64,000 nt of DNA. It comes from Diadema antillarum (Eukaryota). The stretch's first letter is position 1; every line of letters starts with the position of its first letter. Where the stretch lies: contig NW_027271572.1 of assembly GCF_040938485.1 (NCBI RefSeq), positions 124,001-188,000 on the forward strand, given 5' to 3'. The notes below the pieces were generated by a model. It was not told the DNA's origin and did no database searches. It saw nothing but the letters and a program-made list of their open reading frames with translations. The translations under genes and the position numbers were made by a program. Shown in pieces: positions 24,501 through 37,250 of this stretch.

Positions 24501-27500
24501 CACTGGTAGAATTACCCCCCCCCCCCTTCAATCCATCCTCATAGTTTACGTACATAGTTACTCTTGTATCTTTCATGCTTTCTTCATCAGCAATACATCA
24601 CTTTCTGGCCCTTCACCAACAATACATCACTTTCTGGCAGCAGAATATTATTACTTTCTTCCCCGAATACAAAGTATGGAATGAAATGACCTGAATGAAA
24701 TGAAATGAAAATGAAATTAACTTGAGATTTTACATCTTGTGTTATATAAGATCCATCAGGAGCCCCCCCCCCCCCCCCCCCCCATCGTTCATTATGGACC
24801 ACTTGCTAAACTACAACGTGGTTGCCAAATTGTGTGAACTCTAACATTTCTAGTACTGCCATAGCCTTCTGCAAATAAAGTTTTTTTTTCTGACTGCGTT
24901 CTGTGCATGACAAACATTAGAGTGTTCTAGAAGGCTAACCATCCGAAGAAAACTTCTCCTGAATAGTTGGCGGCAGATTGCACTCCGTAGCGATTGTATT
25001 ACTTTCCCCGTCTTTCTTTACCGCTGATATCAAACGACAGAAATGATCGTCCTTTGGCTCATAAATTACTCTGTTTCATGTGAAATTCTAACACGGCTTT
25101 TGAGTAAAGCAAACTTATATACATATACAAGCAACTAGATAGATAGAAATATATACATATCATGTACATATACAGAGAAAAATTTAGATNNNNNNNNNNN
25201 NNNNNNNNNNNNNNNNNNNNNNNNNNNNNNNNNNNNNNNNNNNNNNNNNNNNNNNNNNNNNNNNNNNNNNNNNNNNNNNNNNNNNNNNNNNNNNNNNNNN
25301 NNNNNNNNNNNNNNNNNNNNNNNNNNNNNNNNNNNNNNNNNNNNNNNNNNNNNNNNNNNNNNGGCAATAAGGTTTTTTCTAGGCAACTGAATCACTGATA
25401 TACCCAATCACCACACCATGATTATGGCTTCATGGTACAAGTAGGGAAAGCGGCTTGTTATTGTCTCATGTAACCTGATTACGAGGGTAGCTAGGCAGAT
25501 ATTGTGTTATATCTTAAATAAAAAAAAAGATAAAAAGACAAAAATAAAAAGAGAGAAAAGAAACTGTGATTCGTTCGTTGACCATACTCACAAGCTGCTG
25601 AACGTCAATGATTCTCTTTATACAAAAATCATTACTTATTGCAATTGATGTCATTGACGGTAATATTCTGTTTGAATGTCTATGTGTTTGCAAGCAATAT
25701 ATGTTTATCAGAATACACGATACTCTATATATGTTTGTTTGTTTGTTTTTTACATGATAAGAAAGAGATAACAGTTTACAAAATACACTGTCTTTCCTTA
25801 TCAACACATAGGGACTAATGCATCTCTCTTGCAAGTTTCATAAATGATGCAGCATTCGTTTAAAGTCAGCTTTGTGTTATTGTCGAAAGCAGTGGTATAT
25901 ATTGCTGCGGTATGTTGCAAGTTTTTGCCCTGTTTTTGGTTTCTCTCTCTAACTGAATTCTACTTCTACTTCTACTTCTACGGAGTAAGCTTCTCATTGA
26001 AGCCTGTTCAGCAACTGGTGATACAAGGGAAGGATACATCTTTCAATACATCTTAGGTATAGTGCTTCTCCTCGAAGTTGTCTGCAGAAAGATATACCGA
26101 AATTTCAATCATACACAAACATACACAAACGCACAAGCACACGTTCACACAGAGAGAGGAAAATATAAACACTAAGCCCATATTTGCAGGTATCTCTATA
26201 TGCAAAATAAAGCTGTGAAATCCCGTTTAGATGTATGGCGCAGTTAACTTTTGACGATGTATTAGTGCAAATGACTCTCTTTATAATAATATGATCTTTA
26301 ACATGGTCCTTGTAAACAATGCTAGCTGTGTTCATTCAAGGATATCAGCTGTATAGTATCAAGGTGATGCTACTTAGCTTAAATGTTGATATTCACCAAC
26401 CGTGTTAGTGAAGCCAGTATGTTTGTAACAAACAAACAAGCTCTGCGGTACAGAATCGAAGTCTCACCTGAGAACTGCACATATTATACACCCACAAATG
26501 CACACACAAACACACATTGTTATCTTTACCATATCACTTACGGTAATTTCACATAGATTTGACGTGGGTCGTTCTGAAACTATTCGAAATTGCATTATTC
26601 CAGTTCTATTGTTTCTATAACGATTGTCTTCAATTTCACATTCTCTGGCTTGCCAATCATTCGTCAACAGAAAGAAATGAACAAAAAATAATAGTTCAAG
26701 CCTAATAATTCAAGCAACAATCATTCACTTCTACGGCATGCATGCAAGGGTAGCTTTGCATATCCATGGCCAAGGGCAAAAGTTTAAATACACGTTGTGT
26801 TTGATCCCTGCCGTGATACCAAGACCGCCCGGCGTACCGTTTCATCTTTCGTTCATACACCTACATCCACCCTGATCTCTCGTGAGAATGTTTCCTAATT
26901 GAATTAATCAACGCATTGTTTGACTATAGCATCGGTTGATTATCAGTCATCTAATTGTGGCAAATGAAATTAAATTGTATAACCTTAAGAATTTCCACCT
27001 TTTGTTTGTTCCTATTTTCCTCAGAATTACACAGATTGTGTAATATTTGAGTTGGATCAATTTCGATCTAATTTTAAGGACTTCTTATCATTATGCTCCT
27101 TGATAACCACAATTCTAATGGCCAGGGTCAAGACGGTATACCTGATTGTGATTCTTATACTGAACGATCCAAAAAGTATTTGCTACCACCTTTCTATAAG
27201 TGAACTTTCTTACAATTGGCATCATTGTCGGTTCAGGAATTATTCCACAATGATTACATTAAATGGGTATAGACTTCTTTGTTCTTCAATTTTTCTTGTC
27301 ACATCTACTAGGAACCATTCGTTATGTTTCAACTGTTTTCTTATGATTATGTACAAGTTTATGTCACCAACGGGGTATTCATAACTAGTTGCATATGTCA
27401 TGAATGCTTTTGTTGAATATTGGTCCTTGCTTGTTGTAATGTGGTTCACTTTGTAAGTTTCTGGATTTCGTATATGGCAGTAGTGATCATAAGTTAAAAC

Positions 27501-30500
27501 AATAGAACACATTTTCCTCCCAATCACGTGATAAGCCGAGTGCTATAGATGAAGAGCAGGGGTTTGATTGAAAGACCGTATATTATAACAACTCGCAGCA
27601 AATAATTATGTGAAGATGAAGCTTAGAGCAAAAGCGAGCGGTCGACTGAGTGAATTTCGGCCGACCAAGTCGGCGAGGGACTCTTGACAGCTCCCGGCAG
27701 GCTGTGTTGGGTCGTAGAGGGGAAAGAAAAACATAAGCATAAAGAGCTGTCTTTCTGAACGTGGCAGCTCGACCATCGCAACGCCATTACATGGGCCGCC
27801 GAGACTTCCCGGTACGGATTGTCAGAGTCACCGGTATACGAAAAGACAGCAAGAATGAGTAGAAAAGACACAACTATACAAAACACGAGAAGCCACTGGG
27901 ATACAACCTATCCTAAATAGCACGCGGTTTCACAAAACCGAACGAGAGGATGAAAAGAAAGAAAAGAAAAGAAAGGAAAGGGGGTGAAGGGGGGGGGGGG
28001 AAGAAAATCAACCTCCACACTGCGGATGCTCAGGAAATAGTGCAGTTACCCCGAGATCGCTCAAGCCTACTTTCCGCTTCTTTCAATGGCTTGAAAAGAA
28101 CACGCGAAGTTATCAATGATAACGGGTAAGCTCCTGCCTTTGATGGCGAGACCCAAAACTGGAATTGGGCTTGTTGTTTCTTACCCCCGTTTTCCTTGCA
28201 TCAAGAAGCTTTCAGAATTAAACGTTTACTAATCTCTCATGTCATCAACCAATGTCGGGGAGGGGGGGGGGGGGGATAGAGGCTCTTCCCCACATCAAAG
28301 ATAGCAGTCTGATGAAACACCAAAACGTGGAAAAACACTGTGTTTTTTGTATGTGCAGGATGACGATGGGAATGAAATGATGAGAGGAATAGTGGGAATA
28401 TGCTTTTCATTTTACAGATTTTGTGGGAGAAATACTATGAACCTTGATGAACCTGGTTTCGTATCATTGCTTCAGAATTGGGAGATGCAATTATGACATG
28501 TGAAAGAACTAATTATGTGACTGATGTGGGCAATATAAAGCTTTCGCAGCCAAGGAAAGCTATAGATGAAGACGGAATTAAACACAGTTGTCAAAGACTT
28601 ATCTCAGAGCATTATCATTATGATTGTCATTTTTAGGGTAAAGATTCTTTTATGCCACTGATCGCATTTTTTCATTGCACAAGGTAAGAGGATGGGATGA
28701 CTTACAGTACGCGTGATGAAAAGAAAAAAAAACAAAGATAGACAATGAAAGAAGAAAGTAAAGAGAAGGTAGGATGACGGAGAAGAAGGTATAGAAAGAG
28801 AGAAACAGATAGATTGATAGATAGAAGGAAAGAAACAATATAGAAAGAAATGTACGGATAGGTAGAAAGGGAGATTTTTATATAATGTGGCAAGATGGAG
28901 GGTGAATAGAACTGCTTTCAAGAGTTCATATAATGCGAGTTCACAAAGCAAAGATAAAAGAATGAAACAGTATAGAGCTATCGTTACAGTTGTGGAAAAT
29001 GCAGTCTTACCTATTGTTTCGGCTAAAGCCCCATAGCGGGCAGTCACGCATCATCGGTGAGCTGAAACCTAATTATTTTATTTTGTCTTACCATATTATT
29101 TCCTCGCCTCTCCCCCCCCCCCCCCCCCCATTTTCCTTGGCACTGAAAATTATGCCAAATCATAACGTTTGAGTCAGCCTCGGGAAAAGTGCCATGGAGA
29201 TGTGTGTGTAAATGTGTGTGCGTGTGTATGTGTATGTGTGCGTGCGTGAGTGCATGTTTAGTGTATGTGACATCTTCCTTTCTTATACAATTCGAATCAT
29301 TCGAAAAGTAGGTCAAATATACGTATATATATTTATATTTACCAACATCTGTATATTCATATGTACATACATGTAATTAGAATTAGGAGAGGAGGTGAGG
29401 GGGGGGGGGGAAGAAAACAAAGGGTTAGGTATTATGAGTATGATTATTGCTCTTTGCAAAAGCACATAATTATCCACATTTAAACAGTAAAGGGTTTATG
29501 TTCCTTTCCTTATGATCGGTGTTACAAACTTTCCGCATTTTGTCAATGTTTTTATTGGTCGATTCAATAAATTTCTTCGGGCCTATGGAACCTGAGTTGC
29601 CGTTGCCCAAAATGAAAGGAAAAGTCGAGAAGGAATTTCATGTGACGAAAGGAACTATACAAGATATACCTTTACTCACGCAGCGGCCATTTTGTAAGCA
29701 AAGTTTAATTATGAAGGAAATTCTGCTGTTACCATGCCATCGGAAACAAGAACTCAAAGATAATTCGAGATTGTTGATGGCAAATAAATTTACATCTAAT
29801 GATAACTCTGTAGTCCCAAACGTCAGCGGTTAAGTATCGGTAGGCGTATGCCAGTACACCGTAATAGCCGGTAATGGTGCGAAAACATAGAAATCAAAAC
29901 AGTTGATTTACTTTCTGGCCCCTGAAACAGCAGTGGTTACGTATCAAATGTTCCTGATTATTTTTCTGTTGTTTTCTTATTCCATCCCTGATCGTTTCGC
30001 TACAGCGCTCTCTGAGCAATGGCAGTGATCAATAAATCAGGCATCCAGATGACTAGCGATTTCGAACCACCAGCTATACGCTGGCCTTGACCGAGGGGGT
30101 GCCAGCGGTGGACCCGTTCAAGACCAGCCATCGGGATAAACGTACCCCCTTTCACGCGAACATCATTTTTCTCGTGATGCGCGGCTGCACCTCAGCAGTG
30201 CGCGAAGCGAGTCGCTGCCGAATAATACGGTCAGCCCCCCGTAACCGCACACGTCGCACGCTAGCTAACACCCGCAGTCCAAAGAAGGAGCTCCCTTCGC
30301 CCATTGGGTTTGGCGGTGGTGTCGACGAGATATTGTTACCAGGATTCAGGAGGGAAGTAGGGGGTAAAAAATGATAGACATAGTTAAAAAGAAACGCGAT
30401 TTGTTCTTCTATGCGGGTGTCATCATCCTATCAAATCATTCTATCTTACCCCACTGTCCTTTGATATGATTTCCAAGTAATGACGTTTTTGTTAATTGTA

Positions 30501-33500
30501 TTTTTTTTTCTTTTGCTTGCCTCAATTCATGTTATCATCTTGTATATATATTTTGCATTCTCATTCTTTCGTTTTGTAGTTTACCAGCTCTGCGTTTCCA
30601 TTACCTCCAAATCAACTGATGGTAATAGTAGTAATATCATAGACATGACGATAATGATATATTTATGAGGATGATAATTATGATAACAATGGTAAAACTG
30701 TGAGGACTACGACAATCTAAAAAAAAAGATCAATTATCAGAAGCTTTACAATTTATCGGCAGTAAGGCAGTAAAGAGCAATGACAATTTATCCTAGTGCA
30801 AGTAACTTTGTTTTTCTGAAGAGGTGTCGATACAATCTTGAGATAAAATAGAAGAAGTGGAGGCCAATCTATGAAAATGTATCCAGGTGAGAAAAAAAAG
30901 AACGCTATGTGACGTGGAAAAAACGATCGCTTTTTTTTTGTCATCGTAAATTGAATATAGGTGTCTGTCATCCATTCTCACTGACAATGAGTTCATGACC
31001 ATGAATCATGAATAAAGTTGCGAGGTAATTCAACCTATCACGTTGGTCCGATAATGATTCCAACGCATATACCCCTTTTCGCCACACCCCTCCCCCTCCG
31101 ATGGTATCCAACACCCACGGTTGTTACCATTGACTCCACGAAAGATCATTGTGCCGAAGGCTGTGCCTATACGGAATCGTGGAGACGTACTGCATGTAAT
31201 AACATTAATTANNNNNNNNNNNNNNNNNNNNNNNNNNNNNNNNNNNNNNNNNNNNNNNNNNNNNNNNNNNNNNNNNNNNNNNNNNNNNNNNNNNNNNNNN
31301 NNNNNNNNNNNNNNNNNNNNNNNNNNNNNNNNNNNNNNNNNNNNNNNNNNNNNNNNNNNNNNNNNNNNNNNNNNNNNNNNNNNNNNNNNNNNNNNNNNNN
31401 NNNNNNNNNNNNNNNNNNNNNNNNNNNNNNNNNNNNNNNNNNNNNNNNNNNNNNNNNNNNNNNNNNNNNNNNNNNNNNNNNNNNNNNNNNNNNNNNTCGC
31501 AAATCGGGTGAGACTTGTATTTTGATTTCTTCGGTGGACGCTTAACTGACCAACTATGTAGTGATAAAGTGATGTCATGCCGCCTAAATTTTCATAACAA
31601 CATTAGCTCGTTAAGTGTCGCGGTTTTTGCTCTCTCAACTATGATTTCTTTGACCCAAAGCTCGTAAAAATCATTTCATTCACTGGCTCATGTCGTTCTC
31701 TATTCGGGCAGAGACATAATATAAGGGAATGTTTGCAACTCGTTGTCAGGTCTATGAAGCACACGCTTTGAGTTTCTATGGACGCAAAATGGCTGTGCTC
31801 AGGAGATTTGAGCTCTCTAGTTATCGAAAATCGAATTTGCAAACCGGAAACCATGTGCTTAAACCTGATTCTGCGAATGAACACATAAGATGTACGTCCC
31901 ACCCCCAAAAGAGACCCCCAAAAAAAAAATGATGCAGAAAACACTTGATAAGTGGGCTGAAAACAAGCAAACAAAAAAGTGAAACTTCCTATCCGCTTTA
32001 AATAGAAAGAAATTAATGGTATAAGTTCAATCACATCTCACACTCATATTGTATAAGACACTATTTTTACAACTATCTGAATGTATGATATATACTTTCA
32101 AACATTCTAGTTGAAAGATCTATGGTGACTCAACATGTAATATAAGATGTTGTTTAAACAGACAATAGAGTTTATATTGGTGATACACATCCATAAGTAA
32201 ACATTCCTGTCAGTAGCATATAGACGAGAATAACACGCTTCTGTGCACTTATTTCTTGTTAGGTGATCCGAGTATCCTTCGGATCACCTTTTGTATCTGT
32301 ACTGATTCTTTCTTTATTTCTCCTCAAAAATTGTGCAGAGGTTAGCTCAGAAAGTGCATTGCCTATCGATGTCAAACTTATATCATATATGTATCGTGTC
32401 CCAAAGACGACAGATCTAGTTTATCTATAATTCTTATGTTATAGATGATGGTGACGTTGAATGGTTGCATTACATTTGCGATATGTAGGCCTACTAGTAG
32501 TTTGTCGATTCTGGTCATGTTTTTGTTTGGCCACCATTCCCACCGATAAATGAATCTTTATGAAACATGACTCAATCACTTTAATGAACCCTAAGATTGC
32601 ACATCATCCTTCATCTTTGTAAAGAGAGGAAGACAACCCCTTCTTTAAAATGATAAAGAGGATGCCAACATTGTCTTAACCACGCACTAATTCCATCTCC
32701 GAATCACTATAGCACTACGCCATATGGTGGTGTAACCTAAGTCCAGTCACATAGCATCCTGAAGATGATTAACGTGTATGTCTGGCGATGAAATATTGCA
32801 GTCGTCACAACTACCACCACCTTTCGTACTGCATGGGAATGGTTGCTATGTTCTCTGTTCCACTCACGTATGGGGTTTCTTGAATGAATGTTGAGTTTCC
32901 TCTGTAACTGATGAAGAATCAATGAGTAAGTGATAAGCTATCCGTCGTCGGTAGTGCATATCGTTAAAAAAAAAGACCCACAAAAACCCCTTCCGCACGG
33001 GTTATTACAACAAGAGCCTTGAGTAAAGACCAAGGACACGGCCCTATTGTTAATGTGATGGCACGCTAACGTTAACAGATATGGAAAAAAAAGTATAGGG
33101 GCGGGAGTAGAAAGAAGATAGCGCTTGATACATCATGAGATGATCCGCATTGTGACACGGACTATTAAGTTTTGCCGTTGTTTATCTTTCCTTCTACCAA
33201 CTAGCCTGGCCCCTGGGGACTGAAGAGAGGACCTCTGAAGAGAGGAGTTGATATGCAAATAAGGCCACATTATAATGAATATCTAATTCAGCTTAGCATT
33301 TGCCTACAAATTTGATATACGTATTATGAATATCTACATTTTTTTGTATGAATATTGCATGGATGTAGCGTTTTTAACGTTGTTTGTTTTTATCTTTCGT
33401 GTTACAGCACTTGATTCAGCATCTTTCCTGTCAATCTCAATCACTGTCTTAATCTTCGCCATCACCCTTCGTTAATCCAAATAGGATTTTGATCTTTGGA

Positions 33501-33930
33501 GGTATTCCGGTATAATCACCCTCCATCACTGTCGCTACCTTAATTAAGATTAGTACGCCCGTCTCGCACTACCAGCAACCATCAACGCTATTCTGTGTCG
33601 AGTGCGGAATATACTATTTCCTCGATACACATATCATTCAATCTTTTTTTCTCTCTTTCATCCGTTTTCGATTTTCTTTTCATCCTTTCCCTTTGTTCTG
33701 TCTTCCTGTAGATATTTCTCCGTCTCCCTCTCCTTATCTCTCTCTCTCTCTCTCTCTCTCTTCAATACATGATTATAATTATGTAGAGTTCTTTGTGTGC
33801 TACGTAAATACATGTCTATATGCTTTTTTATTAACTTACGCAAGATTAAGTATTTCCACAAATATTTCTTCGACAGTTCTATGCCCTGTGCTTTTATGTC
33901 ATTCATAGTCCTTCTTCCGCCACACACTTC

Positions 33931-33942
33931 TCATCATCGTCG

Positions 33943-33986
<44 letters not shown>
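33931..33986. repeat. (CAT)n microsatellite
   Basis: Trinucleotide array producing poly-His/poly-Met spurious ORFs. Confidence 0.95.
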
Positions 33987-34129
33987 GATATCGTTGTCAT
34001 TATCAAGATTCGTCTCTCCGCTGCATACTTCTCTTGGTAACCATCACCTGCATTGCCGTCATCCGTTTCTTCGAGCAAAATCATCGTCACCTATGACTTC
34101 GTTGTTGTTAGCATCATTGACGACAACAA

Positions 34130-34260
34130 CTTGAACTTGAACTTGAACTTGAACTTTATTCTATCGACCCCTTTCGGAGTATAAGAACGTACATTGCATA
34201 TACATGAAAAAAAAAGGAATATGAGTAAATGTATAATATAACAAGCTAAACAGTTATAAC
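34130..34260 (-). mobile_element. Probable LINE/retroposon 3' end
   Basis: On -: hairpin ACTCC-GAAA-GGGGT (34167-34180), AATAAA (34155-34160), then (TTCAAG)4 tail (34130-34153). Confidence 0.5.
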
Positions 34261-36989
34261 AAGATGGCAAAAAGTATCGGAAAGATGAAACTATATTAAA
34301 TACTGTAACGATCAATTCGCTTTTTCATCACACTTGCAAATCAGAACTGATATAACTTGAATAATATTAATGATAATAAGTATGTTAAACGACTGGAAAA
34401 GAAAAGAAAAAAAATATATATACATATGAACTTATCTACTAAACTTTGCCATAATGATATGAGCAAACTTGGCAAGTTTTGACAGTAATTTGGCATTTGA
34501 AGTATTGAATAAGCTATTCATTTTCAAAGCATTTGGACGTTTGGCAAACTGAGAGGGAATATATTTGCTTCTGTCTAACGTAAAATAAGAACACAAACAA
34601 CGACAAAGAAGTTTATTCTAATGTGTACGGACAAGAGGAAAATACGGGTGTTGCTTCACTCATGGTTCCTTTATAAGTCAAAATGTACTCGACACAGCTA
34701 AGCAATGTAGTATGTAATCAGATGCATGGAGATATTATACTAAGTGCATAATATATCTCAAGGATCAGATACAAATGTCACTCGTACTGATGCCCTGGTC
34801 TGCGGCCCTCCCTGCTGCTTTGCCTTCGTTCCCCAGCTGTTAGCGTCTTGTTTGCTTGCGGCGCACACAAGTGGGTGCTCCAACATCCGCCATCAGCGAG
34901 AGGTATCGCCAGTATTAGTATTGAGCGCCAACGAAAGCCCCCGTTTACTCGGCCGCACCAGGCGAGTGGCGGACTGAGCAGACAGACGATATGATATGAC
35001 GGCTCGGTCAATTGCGCGTACTTGAGCCTGGAGTGCATATCGGACGTCGCTACTTGCTAATGTCAACATTGACCGATAGATTGGGTGATGGTGGGGGGGG
35101 GGGGGGGGAGGAGAATGGAAAGTGGAGGAGATGGAGATTTGTAAGCAAATACACTTGAGTATGATAACCTCAAGATAATGGAAGTAAAGAGGCGTATAAA
35201 CCATTTCAGACTGTAAGCTCCGATAGGCAACAGAGAGTATAAAGGTCACGTTTATCTTCTGATATCCGGATCTTGGTTCAGATTTTTAATACGTGAATAG
35301 ATATACGTCATTTTAACGTCTCATGGAATTTACTCTCTAGAGCTATATGGAAAGTGATATACCAAAGATAGGTATAAAGATGGGCAAAGGAAAGATAACC
35401 AAATGACAAGAGACAAAGAAAGAAAAAAGAAAGAAAGAGGGAGAGGCGGGAGATATTGCCGGAAATGTTATTCCCTGGTTTAAGGTACAGAGACATAAAG
35501 GGCATTGCACTTTGCACGAATCAGTTCCTCAGGGTGATGCAGTGTTATCATGTTTTGTATCTCGTAAAATTTTGCCTGAATTATGATAGCGACGTAGGAG
35601 GGATGAGGCGTTAGACGCGTTACGCAATAGTAACAGGATGATAACAGCAAAAAGGACGTAAGAAACAATAGGTATGTTCCATTTTGTATTTATTTGTGGG
35701 TGTTTTCTGTGTTTATTCATGCTTTCCGTACGCTTCTTTAGTTTTTGTATGTACTTGTCATAGCGCCCTAGTGTTGGTTTCTTCATCTTATGCAGTCGCT
35801 GAGGTGAGATGTAGGGAACTCCAAGTTATCATCTGCTTTTGTTTTCTTCTTTTTCTTCTTTCTTCTTCTTCTTCTTCTTGAAAAAAGAAACGAACATTTT
35901 GCTCTCTGTTTAAAAAATCATAAAAGCTGTGGGAAAAGTTATCTTAGACCCACTAAACGACCAAACACAAATGGAAAAGTTATTTCAAAAACTGCACAGT
36001 TCGCTTCAGATTTAATTTCAACTTTTCGCTTTCAGCTATCTCATTCCCAAAGGTCAGTTATCATAATGAGATGAAGTACACATTTGAAGTGCCGGGCCTG
36101 TAAACATTGGTACAAGATTCTGTAGACTGGATAATAATAGAACAGGCTTATTCGTTTGTTTCCTAATTGTGCAAGTAATGTATTCATTTCTTGTAACCTA
36201 CATAAATACGACACGACTGACAGACTTTCTAACGATCATAGTACCGATCAAGACATTAGTCAAAGTTCTGTTCATCCATTTTGTGCGTGGAAGTGCGATT
36301 TGGTCCCTGTTACTAGCATGCTCGCTGCTCGCTTGAACGCTTCATTTGCAGTTTGTTTCTCGTTCTGTGCTCAGTTTGTCCTTGGTTTTAACTGCGTTTC
36401 ATTAGTTTCTGGGTCAAATGCATTGACTTCAAACAAGCTCGTGATTTTATTGCTGTATTATTTCAGATTTGGGTATTTTGCTTTGTTTTTGCTACGCTCG
36501 CAATATCCAGGAGTGGAATCACTGCGTTTGTTTGTTTATTTCTATCTGTATAAATATCACTTCTATTTCAATTCAAGCAGCTTTTGGCATCTTAGATTGC
36601 AGTACCACATGCGAGTTACGAAGTTCAAATTATATTACCTCCAAAAGCGAAGAAATTTACGTCAATAGCTCGTAATTTTCTGCGCTCTACCTGTCGTACA
36701 TCCGTCCTTTTATGTTGTTATCGTGTCTATAGGCCAGAAATGTATTTATAGATTTTCCTTTTCTAACAATAGGCCTGCAAGATTCGAGGACCAGGTTGAT
36801 AGGTCTACATATTGCCGACTGATAAAACCGAATATTGGTGTAAAAATAATTACCTCAATACTTCGCTTTTGTGACTGTTAAATCGAGCATGGCATTTTTT
36901 TTTCTTTTTGAGATATACATTCCATTTGCTTGGAGGAGAAGGGAGAACGATACCTATTTTTCTGCGGTCGTCCATAAATGACTTCGAAA

Positions 36990-37250
36990 TATCATGGCTA
37001 TAAGTCAGCAAATACAAAAAAAAAAAATGGCGGAAGTCGGAAGCAAACCAGAATTATATGGTGGAGGAGATTCTCTCACTCGCAGCCAAAGGGTATACGA
37101 GAGAGGGAGAGAGATATATAAGCACTATAGTCACGTGACATTTTTGTTTACTGCGCGTCGATTTCCCAGGCGGGTCAAAGTAATTTGTTCCAACAATTCT
37201 CCTCTTGACCCCGACTCCGGCTCATTCATGCTTGTTTTGAATAAGAAACA
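36990..37250 (+). promoter_or_regulatory. Promoter-like motif cluster (YY1 + tandem ETS + TATA-like + USF/TFE E-box + Fox)
   Basis: AAAATGGCGG overlapping CGGAAGT 37031-37037 and CGGAAGC 37038-37044; TATATAA about 37115-37121; GTCACGTGAC 37130-37139; TGTTTAC 37145-37151. Confidence 0.4.

Noticed and set aside
27050-27527. Minus-strand 95-aa plus about 40-aa open frames in non-repetitive AT-rich sequence, possible decayed TE coding relic
   Set aside because: No RT, endonuclease or DDE motif recognisable by eye; a tBLASTx hit to a TE protein would reverse this.
31018-31578. Long ORFs at 31.0-31.6, 53.3-53.9 and 62.1-62.8 kb
   Set aside because: Artifacts of translating N gaps.
36156-36668. 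Longest gap-free ORF (170 aa)
   Set aside because: TTG start, Phe/Leu/Cys/Ser-rich composition typical of translated AT-rich non-coding DNA, no domain motif and no supporting splice structure.
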